A program made the translations under genes and the position numbers. Shown here one piece after another: positions 1 to 7,225 of a stretch of DNA of 32,000 nt (position 1 is the first letter of the stretch; each line of letters begins with the position of its first letter). The notes below the pieces were generated by a model. The model worked only from the letters and a program-made list of their open reading frames with translations. It had not been told where the DNA came from and searched no databases. The stretch is from Desulfobulbus propionicus DSM 2032 (GTDB taxonomy: Bacteria > Desulfobacterota > Desulfobulbia > Desulfobulbales > Desulfobulbaceae): the NCBI RefSeq assembly GCF_000186885.1, contig NC_014972.1, forward strand, positions 3,360,001 through 3,392,000, read 5' to 3'.

Positions 1-1053
1 GAGGATCGGGCCTATCTGGAGGCGGACGCCACCTGGATCCATTTGAACTCGGTTGCCTATGCCGACAGCCGCAGTTCATCGTTGAATGGCAGTTCCGAGG
101 CGGAAAATTTTTTCATGCCCACCTTCTTTGCCGTTTCCCCTGACTACAACAATTTTCGCGTCGGCTTTTCCGTCACCGCCCCGGCCGGGTTATCCAAACG
201 ATGGCAGGATCCGTATCCCCGGACCTTTGCCGAGGAATTCAGCCTCAAGGTTTTTGAATTCAACCCCACCCTCTCCTACAAGTTCAGCGACCGGCTTGCC
301 GTTGGCGCCGGCGTCCGCGCCATCTATGTGGACGGCAAGGTGAAAAGCAACGGTATCATCGACCATTACGGCAGCACCGCCATCCGCGACATGGATGGTG
401 ACGCCCTGGAAGCCGGATACAACCTGGCGGTGACCGCCCGGCCCACGGAGGACATGAACATCAGCGTCACCTACCGATCCGAGGTCGACCTGGGCATCGA
501 AGGACACGCCGACCTGAACACCAATGTGCTGTCAGGCAGATACAGCGGAGACACCGGCGTGGAGATCCCCCTGCCGGCAATTCTGGCGGTGGCCGTGTCC
601 TACACCTTTTTTGATCAATTGACGGTTGAACTGGAATACGATCAGACCTATTGGTCCGATTACGCCTATCTGGACTTCACCTACCCGGCCCCCTTTGCCA
701 ACCCGGTGTTCGCGGCAGCCTTTGATGACGCCAAGGCCAAACACTGGTCGGATACCAATGCCTGGCGCTTGAGCGTCACCTACGACTTGAAGAACGACTT
801 CATCCTCATGGCCGGATTTGCCATTGACGAAAATCCGGTGCCGGAAGCGACCCTCGGTTTTGAGCTGCCTGATTCCGACGCCCTGCTCTATTCGGCGGGC
901 GTTCGCTACAAGGTGAACAAGGACATGGAACTGGGCGTCGCCTATCTCTATGACGACAAGGAGAGCCGCTCGGTGAACAATGGGACGGTGAAGGGCACCA
1001 TCGACGAAGCCGGGGCCCACCTGCTGACCTTCGGTTTGACCTATGCCTTCTGA
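1..1053 (+). CDS. Outer-membrane transport channel, OmpP1/FadL/TodX family (5' end cut by window edge)
   Basis: Frame 1 is open from nt 1, with no stop before the listed TTG at 43, so the gene begins upstream of the window. It shows an amphipathic beta-strand pattern. The segment AIDENPVPEATLGFELPDSDALLYSAGVRY is typical of FadL/TodX barrels. The C-terminus is aromatic (..FGLTYAF). A hairpin plus T8 terminator follows. Confidence 0.75.
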   Translation, partial: EDRAYLEADATWIHLNSVAYADSRSSSLNGSSEAENFFMPTFFAVSPDYNNFRVGFSVTAPAGLSKRWQDPYPRTFAEEFSLKVFEFNPTLSYKFSDRLAVGAGVRAIYVDGKVKSNGIIDHYGSTAIRDMDGDALEAGYNLAVTARPTEDMNISVTYRSEVDLGIEGHADLNTNVLSGRYSGDTGVEIPLPAILAVAVSYTFFDQLTVELEYDQTYWSDYAYLDFTYPAPFANPVFAAAFDDAKAKHWSDTNAWRLSVTYDLKNDFILMAGFAIDENPVPEATLGFELPDSDALLYSAGVRYKVNKDMELGVAYLYDDKESRSVNNGTVKGTIDEAGAHLLTFGLTYAF

Positions 1054-1079
1054 GTGACAACAGGCAACGCTTTGTGCAA

Positions 1080-1114
1080 GCGGGTCCGGAACAGTTCCGG
1101 TCCCGCTTTTTTTT
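1080..1114 (+). terminator. Rho-independent terminator after the FadL-like gene
   Basis: GCGGGTCCGGAAC-a-GTTCCGGTCCCGC forms a 13-bp stem with one mismatch, followed by T8 at 1107-1114. The T-run overlaps the stop codon of the convergent M50 gene. Confidence 0.7.
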
Positions 1115-1745
1115 ATCCTAAGAGAAGAGCATTGGACATGCGGATAATCGGCATGATCAGCCAGCCGATCACCCCGGTGTAAAACAACCCAAGAAGAATA
1201 AAGAAACCAAAGGGTTCGAGTTTGGCATAGCTGCGGGCCGCCTCCGGCGGCAGCAACCCCATCAGCACCTTGGAGCCGTCGAGCGGCGGGATGGGGATGC
1301 AGTTGAACACTGCCAGCATGATGTTGATCCACACGCTGGCCGCGAGCATGGCCACCAGGGGTTGGAGAACGGCAAAGGGAAGAAAGCGGAACTGGACGAA
1401 CAGATGCGCCAGGGAAGCACTGGCAATGGCGAGCACCACATTGGCCCCGGGGCCGGCCAGGGCCACCTTGAGCATGTCCTGGCGAGGATTGCGAAAATAC
1501 CAGGGATTGACCGGCACCGGTTTGGCCCAGCCGATCTTCATGATGATGAAGGCGAGCACCCCGAGCGGATCGAGGTGTTTGAGCGGGTTGAGGGTCAGGC
1601 GGCCTTCGTTCTTGGCCGTGGGATCGCCCAGGCGAAACGCCACGTAGCCATGCGCCAGTTCGTGCACGGTCAAGGCAAAAAGCAACGGTGGGGCCTGGAT
1701 GATCAGCTGCTGCATGAAGCTGTTGAAATCGAAATTCATGGGCAT
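1113..1745 (-). CDS. Site-2 protease family zinc metalloprotease (peptidase M50)
   Basis: HELAHG (HExxH) lies in the first hydrophobic helix. There are several further TM helices and an NCIPIPPLDGSKV motif. I chose the start at ATG 1745 (MPMNFDF...) because the upstream part of the 273-aa ORF is Arg/Pro-rich and looks non-coding. Confidence 0.85.
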   Translation of the reverse strand: MPMNFDFNSFMQQLIIQAPPLLFALTVHELAHGYVAFRLGDPTAKNEGRLTLNPLKHLDPLGVLAFIIMKIGWAKPVPVNPWYFRNPRQDMLKVALAGPGANVVLAIASASLAHLFVQFRFLPFAVLQPLVAMLAASVWINIMLAVFNCIPIPPLDGSKVLMGLLPPEAARSYAKLEPFGFFILLGLFYTGVIGWLIMPIIRMSNALLLG

Positions 1746-1854
1746 CGGCGGATGTTTTTTACGGTTGTTGGGGTCTGGCTGTGGTTTCCAGCCTCTCTTG
1801 TGTGCAAAATCATAAGGTCGAACCGCGGAAAAGCGAGAGGAAAATGAGATCCGG

Positions 1855-4539
1855 TCAAGGACGACGGGGCAGAATGGGATGGGTGCTGCGGATGAAGGCC
1901 AGAGCCTGGTCGTGGCTGGTGATCTCGCCGTCAAGCTGCATTTCGATCAGGTGGTTATGGATGGCGCGGAACTGGGGGCCGGGGATATAGCCCATGGTCT
2001 TGAGCTCGTCACCGCCGACCAGGGGAACAACCTTGCGCAGGGTGGTCACATAAAGGGACACGGCCTGCTGGATGTAGCGCTTGCGGGCAATGGTCATCAG
2101 GTAGAGCAAGCCCTCGATGTCGAGTTCTCCCAGCAGCCAGTAGGTTTCGCTGGGCTTGAGAAAGGGTCGCTTTTGCATCTCCTGGGCGATCCGTTCCGCA
2201 TCGGTTTTCTGCTGGATCAGCTTCTTGCGCTGCTTGGGCGGAAGATCGAACCGATGGCAGAAGCTGATCAGCTCCTTGGTGCGCGACCGGCTCATGATCG
2301 CCAGCAGATAGACCATCCAGGTCTCCACCCGGTCGGGCAGGTAGAGCAGCTTGAACCAGGAAATCGCCTGGTTGGCCTGGGTGAGGGTGTGGAGAAAACG
2401 GCGGTCGACCTTGAGGTTCGGGCGCAGGTCCGGCCAGAGAAAGGGAAAGAGCTTGAATTGGGCCATGCGCCGCAAGGCCGGAATCGGGTCATCCTCGGAG
2501 AGGATCAGTTTCAGCTCGTGGAAGAAGCGCGGCTCCTCGACCTTCTCGAACAGATTCATCTGCACCGTGTTCTTGATCAGCTTCTCGGCGTGGCGGGTGA
2601 TGGTGAAATCGAGCCGCCCCTCGAAACGGATGGCGCGGAAGATGCGGGTGGGGTCCTCGACAAAACTCAGATTGTGCAGCACCTGGATGCGCCGTTCCTT
2701 GAGGTCGTTCTGGCAGTTGAAATAATCGACCAGGGTGCCGAACCGCTCCGGGTTGAGGTGGATGGCCATGGCATTGATGGTGAAGTCGCGGCGGTAGAGA
2801 TCGAGCTTGATCGAGCTGTGCTCCACCGTGGGCAGGGCCGCCGGATGCTCGTAATATTCGAGCCGGGCCGTGGCCACATCAACGCGTGACTGGTCGGGAA
2901 AGATCACCGTGGCGGTACCGAATTTTTCATGCGGATGGACGACACCGTGACGCTGCTCGGCCAGGGTCTTGGCGAAACGGATGCCGTCGCCCTCGATGAC
3001 GATGTCGATGTCGGTGTTCCTGACGTGCAGAAGCAGATCGCGAACAAAACCGCCGGCCACATAGGCGTTGCAGCCGAGGACGGCCGCAGTCTCGCCGATT
3101 TCACGCAGCAGGACGGTGATCTCCCGGGGCAGAACCTGGGCCATGATGCTGCCCAGATTGCGGGTCCGCTCCACCGATGGGCGCTCGTCCTCGCGGAGCA
3201 GTTCGGGTGAGAGATTGGCGGGATCGTTGACCAAGAGCCCCAGCAAATCGGTGCGGGTGATCACCCCGACAATCTGCTCGCCGCGCACCACCGGGATGAG
3301 CCGCTGGCGGTTTTCCACGATCAGCCGCTGGATGTCCGCCAGGGTGCCGCTTTCCGGCAGGGTGGCGATCTCGGTGGTCATGTAATCGGCGACAGGCAGG
3401 CTGCCCAACTGATGGAAAATAGCCTTTTCCGCCACCATGCGCGAAATCATCCCCAGCAGTCCCGTGGGTTGCGGCCCGTTCTCCTGGCCGTTGTTGGTCC
3501 GTACCACTGGCAGTACGGTCACGTTGTAGCGGGTCATCAACCGGTTGGCCTGATCGATGCTGACATCCGGGGTGACGGCGATAACCGGGGCGCTCATCAA
3601 CTCGCCGGCCACGGCCTTGGGCCGGATGTGGCGGTGGAGTAGACCGACCAACTGCTCCTCGGCCTCGGCAAGGGTCAGATCGCGGATGGTGGCCGAGGCG
3701 GCCGCGGCATGGCCACCGCCGCCGAATTCGCGAGCCACGGTGCCGACATTGACCTCGGGGATGCGGCTGCGGGCGATGAGGTAGGTCCGCTCACCCATGC
3801 TGATCAGGGCAAAGAGGACGTCGATGTTCTCCATCACCATCAACCGCTGGACGATCACCGCGAAATCGTTGATATAATCGGCCTCGGTCAGGGTGCTGAT
3901 CACCACGGTCACACCGCGAATGACGTAGGAATGGGCCTCCTGCTGCAACCGGCCGATGAGACCGATCTGTTCGGCCGAAAGTTCGCGCGAGACGAACTGG
4001 GTGACCACATCGAGGTTGGCCCCCTGGCTCAGCAGCCAGGCGGCGGCGCTCAGGTCCTCGGGACAGGTGGAGGAATGGAGAAAACTGCCGGTATCCTCGT
4101 AGATGCCCAGGGCCATCAGCGTGGCCTCGTCACGGCTGGGGACAATACCCCGCTCCTGAAAGAGGCGGACGAAGAGGGTGGTGGTCGAACCGAGCCGCCG
4201 CACCTCCTCCACGCTGCCGCGCAAATCACCGGGACCATCCGGATGATGATCATACAGATGCACGGTCAGGTGCGGATTGGTCAGGCATTCCGCCAAACCG
4301 CCGATCCGTTCCGCCTGCCGGGTGTCGACCACGATCAGGCGCTGGACCCGTGACAGGTCGATATGTTTGATTTTTTTGAACTCGTAAATGTTGCGGAATT
4401 CCTGAGCCAGGTAATCGCGCACACATTTTTCCTGCGACCCGGGAAACACCAACTCGGCCCGGGGATAGAGCTTCTTGGCGGCGACCATGGCCGCCAAGCT
4501 GTCGAAGTCGGCGCCGATATGGGTGGTGATGATGTCCAT
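1855..4539 (-). CDS. Multidomain DHH-DHHA1 phosphoesterase / tandem CBS / class-II tRNA nucleotidyltransferase-poly(A) polymerase family protein
   Basis: The N-terminus carries DHH motifs (HIGADFDSLAA, HLYDHHP, GIYEDTGSF) and DHHA1 GGGGHAAAASA. Two CBS-like segments follow (APVIAVTPD...VLPVV and TEIATLPE...IPVV..GVITRTDLL). Then come nucleotidyltransferase motifs AYVAGGFVRDLLL..DIDIVIEGDG and RRDFTINAM, plus a long helical C-terminal RNA-binding-like region. The start was placed at ATG 4539 (MDIITTH), 7 nt downstream of a TATAAT. Confidence 0.85.
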   Translation of the reverse strand: MDIITTHIGADFDSLAAMVAAKKLYPRAELVFPGSQEKCVRDYLAQEFRNIYEFKKIKHIDLSRVQRLIVVDTRQAERIGGLAECLTNPHLTVHLYDHHPDGPGDLRGSVEEVRRLGSTTTLFVRLFQERGIVPSRDEATLMALGIYEDTGSFLHSSTCPEDLSAAAWLLSQGANLDVVTQFVSRELSAEQIGLIGRLQQEAHSYVIRGVTVVISTLTEADYINDFAVIVQRLMVMENIDVLFALISMGERTYLIARSRIPEVNVGTVAREFGGGGHAAAASATIRDLTLAEAEEQLVGLLHRHIRPKAVAGELMSAPVIAVTPDVSIDQANRLMTRYNVTVLPVVRTNNGQENGPQPTGLLGMISRMVAEKAIFHQLGSLPVADYMTTEIATLPESGTLADIQRLIVENRQRLIPVVRGEQIVGVITRTDLLGLLVNDPANLSPELLREDERPSVERTRNLGSIMAQVLPREITVLLREIGETAAVLGCNAYVAGGFVRDLLLHVRNTDIDIVIEGDGIRFAKTLAEQRHGVVHPHEKFGTATVIFPDQSRVDVATARLEYYEHPAALPTVEHSSIKLDLYRRDFTINAMAIHLNPERFGTLVDYFNCQNDLKERRIQVLHNLSFVEDPTRIFRAIRFEGRLDFTITRHAEKLIKNTVQMNLFEKVEEPRFFHELKLILSEDDPIPALRRMAQFKLFPFLWPDLRPNLKVDRRFLHTLTQANQAISWFKLLYLPDRVETWMVYLLAIMSRSRTKELISFCHRFDLPPKQRKKLIQQKTDAERIAQEMQKRPFLKPSETYWLLGELDIEGLLYLMTIARKRYIQQAVSLYVTTLRKVVPLVGGDELKTMGYIPGPQFRAIHNHLIEMQLDGEITSHDQALAFIRSTHPILPRRP

Positions 4540-4546
4540 GGCCGGA

Positions 4547-4574
4547 ATTATACACAACATGCCCGGCCTGTAAA
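4547..4574 (-). promoter_or_regulatory. Putative sigma70 promoter of the DHH-CBS-nucleotidyltransferase gene (would give a leaderless or near-leaderless mRNA)
   Basis: On the minus strand: TTTACA (4574-4569), a 16-nt spacer, TATAAT (4552-4547), then 7 nt to ATG at 4539. No Shine-Dalgarno sequence lies between them. Confidence 0.4.
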
Positions 4575-4766
4575 GAAAACGCCTTGGGCCGCAACCGTAT
4601 TTAGTGGAAAATCAAGAAAATCAGCGAAGCAAACCAGGACCGGCTTTGTCAGAGTACCCGGCAACACCCGTTCAACCCATTGATATTTTGTAAATTGTCT
4701 TCCAGCCCCGTGGTTTCCCCCTCTCTGGACGATCAATAAAATTGTGAAGCATCATTTTGTTGTTGC

Positions 4767-4795
4767 TTGACAATTGGCCCCTGATACTCTATTTT
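4767..4795 (+). promoter_or_regulatory. Putative sigma70 promoter for tRNA-Gly
   Basis: TTGACA (4767-4772), a 17-nt spacer, TATTTT (4790-4795), about 25 nt upstream of the mature tRNA 5' end. It sits in a locally AT-rich stretch. Confidence 0.5.
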
Positions 4796-4820
4796 AACTA
4801 ACTTCCTAAGGATCAGCAGA

Positions 4821-4896
4821 GCGGGTGTAGCTCAGTTGGCAGAGCACAAGCTTCCCAAGCTTGGGGTCGCGGGTTCGAACCCCGTTGCCCGCTCCA
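4821..4896 (+). tRNA. tRNA-Gly (anticodon CCC), CCA end encoded
   Basis: I folded the cloverleaf by hand: GCGGGTG/TGCCCGC acceptor, GCTC/GAGC D-stem, CAAGC-TTCCCAA-GCTTG anticodon arm (CCC), GGGTC variable loop, and GCGGG-TTCGAAC-CCCGT T-arm. Discriminator is U followed by CCA. Total length is 76 nt. Confidence 0.95.
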
Positions 4897-4971
4897 TAGC
4901 GAAGTTGGCCGAACGTCAGGGATTGGCTGATCCTGACAGGCTCGGCTGCCGGATGGACCGGCATACGTGAA

Positions 4972-4994
4972 AGTGGGCTCTGCCCGCTTTTTTT
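4972..4994 (+). terminator. Rho-independent terminator downstream of tRNA-Gly
   Basis: GTGGGC-tct-GCCCGC hairpin at 4973-4987, followed by T7 at 4988-4994. Confidence 0.6.
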
Positions 4995-5082
4995 ATTGCC
5001 TTTTCCCGGAAACCGCATACATCAACGAAGGGGAGCTGCAGCGCTTTTCCCCTGAAATATCACCTGTAACGGATCCACAACA

Positions 5083-5544
5083 TTGAACGACACCACGGAT
5101 CGATTGCTCACAACCATCCAGGGGTTTGCCGAACCTCTTCTGGCCGACATGGGGATGGAATTGGTAGAGGTGCAGTTCCGACGCGAAGGCCATGGATGGG
5201 TGCTCCGTTTCTTCATCGACAAGGAAGGGGGCATCACCATCGACGACTGCGCCGACGTGAGTCGCGAGATCAGCGCCTATCTCGAGGTGGAAGACCTCAT
5301 TGACCACGCCTACCACCTCGAGGTGTCCTCGCCGGGGCTGGAACGCCCGTTGAGAAAGAAAGAGGATTTCCACCGCTTCATCGATCGGTTGATCCGGGTC
5401 AAGTTGCGGGAACCCTTGGGAGAGCAGAAGGTGCTGACCGGCACCCTGCTCGGCATGGAGGGCGACACCGTCCTCCTGGCGCTGGACAGTGAAACTGTCC
5501 GCATAGATTGGGAAAATATATCAAAGGCACGGTTAACCCTGTAG
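5083..5544 (+). CDS. rimP: Ribosome maturation factor RimP
   Basis: The sequence ..FAEPLLADMGMELVEVQFRREGHGWVLRFFIDKEGGITIDDCADVSREIS..HLEVSSPGLERPL is characteristic of RimP. It sits directly upstream of nusA. The TTG start has no clear SD, so the start is uncertain. Confidence 0.9.
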   Translation: MNDTTDRLLTTIQGFAEPLLADMGMELVEVQFRREGHGWVLRFFIDKEGGITIDDCADVSREISAYLEVEDLIDHAYHLEVSSPGLERPLRKKEDFHRFIDRLIRVKLREPLGEQKVLTGTLLGMEGDTVLLALDSETVRIDWENISKARLTL

Positions 5545-5628
5545 CGTTTGAAACGAACTGCCTTGGGGCGGGAATCATTACGCAACGGGACCAGAGACAA
5601 CACAGCGTGCCCGAGCTTGGAGTAGACG

Positions 5629-6984
5629 ATGGTTGGAGCAGAAAATCTTAAACGAATTGTCGATCAGATCTGCAGGGACAAAGGGATTGATCGCGCCTTG
5701 CTGATCGATGCGATTGAAGAGGCCGTTCGTTCCGCAGTTCGCAAAAAATATGGTACCCGCAGGGAGATCGAGGTTCAGTTCAACGAGGACTTGGGCGAAG
5801 TCGAAGTGTTCCAGTACCGCACGGTGGTCGACGAGGTCTACGACGAGGAGACTGAAATTTCGCTCGAGGAAGCACGCCGTCTCGATCCGGAGATCGAGTT
5901 GGACGATGACCTTGGCGAAAAGATGGACAACATCGCCGATCTTGGCCGCATTGCCGCTCAGTCGGCCAAACAGGTGATCATCCACCGCATGCGCGATGCC
6001 GAGCGCGATGTTATCTACGAGATGTTCCGCGATCGCGAAGGCACCATTGTCAACGGCATCGTCCAGCGGTTCGAGCGGGGCGACATGATCATCAATCTGG
6101 GCCGCACCGATGCCGTCCTGCCCCGGGAAGGTCAGATCCCCAAGCGCTCCTATAAACAGGGCGACAGAATCCGCGCCTATCTCCAGGAGGTCCGCCGTGA
6201 TACCCGTGAGGGGAAGTTCCGCGATTCGCAGCTGATTCTCAGCCGGACCTGCAACGAATTCCTCATCAAGCTGTTTGAAATGGAGGTGCCGGAAATCGCC
6301 GAGGGCATTGTCAAGATCATGGGCGCCAGCCGGGAGCCCGGATTTCGGGCCAAAATCGCGGTTTCCTCCATCGAATCGGACGTCGATCCGGTGGGCGCCT
6401 GCGTGGGCCTCAAGGGATCGCGGGTGCAGAACGTGGTGCAGGAACTTCAAGGCGAACGCATTGACATCGTGCCCTGGAGTCCGGATCCGGCACGGTATGT
6501 GTGCAACGCCCTGGCCCCGGCCGAGGTATCCATGGTGATCGTCGAGGACGAACGCAAGGCGCTGCTGGTGGTGGTGCCCGACGATCAGCTCTCCCTGGCC
6601 ATCGGCCGTCAGGGGCAGAATGTTCGTCTGGCTTCCCGCCTGCTGGGCTGGAAGATTGATGTCAAAAGCCAGTCGCGCTACGCCAACATGGACAACACGG
6701 AATACCGCAGCCTGCTGGCGGTGGACGGCGTCGACGAAAATCTGGCCGATCGGCTCTTTGCCGCCGGCATCACCTCGGCACCGCTGCTGGCGGCCATGGA
6801 CATCGAACAACTGATGGCCCTGGCGCGGATCGATCAGGACAAGGCCCAAGGCATGCAAAAGGCGGCGGCCGCGATGCAACCATCGAAGGAAAAAACGGCT
6901 CAACCGGCCCCTGATGTCCAGGAGCTGACGGACCAGGAACCGGTAACGCCTCAAGAAGACCAGTCCATCGAGCAAGGCGGATGA
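5629..6984 (+). CDS. nusA: Transcription termination/antitermination factor NusA
   Basis: The N-terminus NLKRIVDQICRDKGIDRALLIDAIEEAV, S1 and KH regions (GACVGLKGSRVQNVVQEL, AIGRQGQNVRLAS), a GGAG SD 7 nt upstream, and the conserved operon position all support this call. Confidence 0.97.
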   Translation: MVGAENLKRIVDQICRDKGIDRALLIDAIEEAVRSAVRKKYGTRREIEVQFNEDLGEVEVFQYRTVVDEVYDEETEISLEEARRLDPEIELDDDLGEKMDNIADLGRIAAQSAKQVIIHRMRDAERDVIYEMFRDREGTIVNGIVQRFERGDMIINLGRTDAVLPREGQIPKRSYKQGDRIRAYLQEVRRDTREGKFRDSQLILSRTCNEFLIKLFEMEVPEIAEGIVKIMGASREPGFRAKIAVSSIESDVDPVGACVGLKGSRVQNVVQELQGERIDIVPWSPDPARYVCNALAPAEVSMVIVEDERKALLVVVPDDQLSLAIGRQGQNVRLASRLLGWKIDVKSQSRYANMDNTEYRSLLAVDGVDENLADRLFAAGITSAPLLAAMDIEQLMALARIDQDKAQGMQKAAAAMQPSKEKTAQPAPDVQELTDQEPVTPQEDQSIEQGG

Positions 6985-7187
6985 ACCGGGGGCATGTTCC
7001 GCAACGAACCTGCCGCGGCTGCGGCCGAAAAGGGCCTCGCGCCGGCCTCCTGCGGTTCGTGGTGATCGGAGGCAGGCTGGTTGAGGATCAGCAGGGCGGC
7101 ATGCCCGGTAAAGGCGTATACTGCTGCGATCAAGACGTCTGCCGTGAGCGGTTGGCGAAAAGCAAAAAAGTCCTGAAAGCGGACTGA
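6981..7187 (+). CDS. ylxR: YlxR/DUF448 family RNA-binding protein
   Basis: The RTCRGCGRK....LLRFV....GKGVYCC pattern is present. The ATGA overlap with the nusA stop and the canonical position between nusA and infB agree. Confidence 0.85.
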   Translation: MNRGHVPQRTCRGCGRKGPRAGLLRFVVIGGRLVEDQQGGMPGKGVYCCDQDVCRERLAKSKKVLKAD

Positions 7188-7225
7188 ACCCCTGCGTGGC
7201 GGGTTATTGAGGAAGGGAGCGTTTG

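Noticed and set aside
4540-4560. Upstream ATG (4560) as start of the DHH-CBS-nucleotidyltransferase gene
   Set aside because: The extra residues MLCIIPA lie inside the spacer of a near-consensus promoter. The DHH domain alignment begins naturally at MDIITTH. This remains unproven without TSS data.
4821-4896. tRNA-Gly as a genomic-island integration site
   Set aside because: There is no integrase and no partial tRNA duplicate. The downstream genes are the universally conserved rimP-nusA-infB operon.
5578-6975. 465-aa ORF on the minus strand
   Set aside because: It is exactly antisense to nusA. Its composition (Gly/Ala/His/Arg/Leu-rich with no motifs) is typical of high-GC shadow ORFs.
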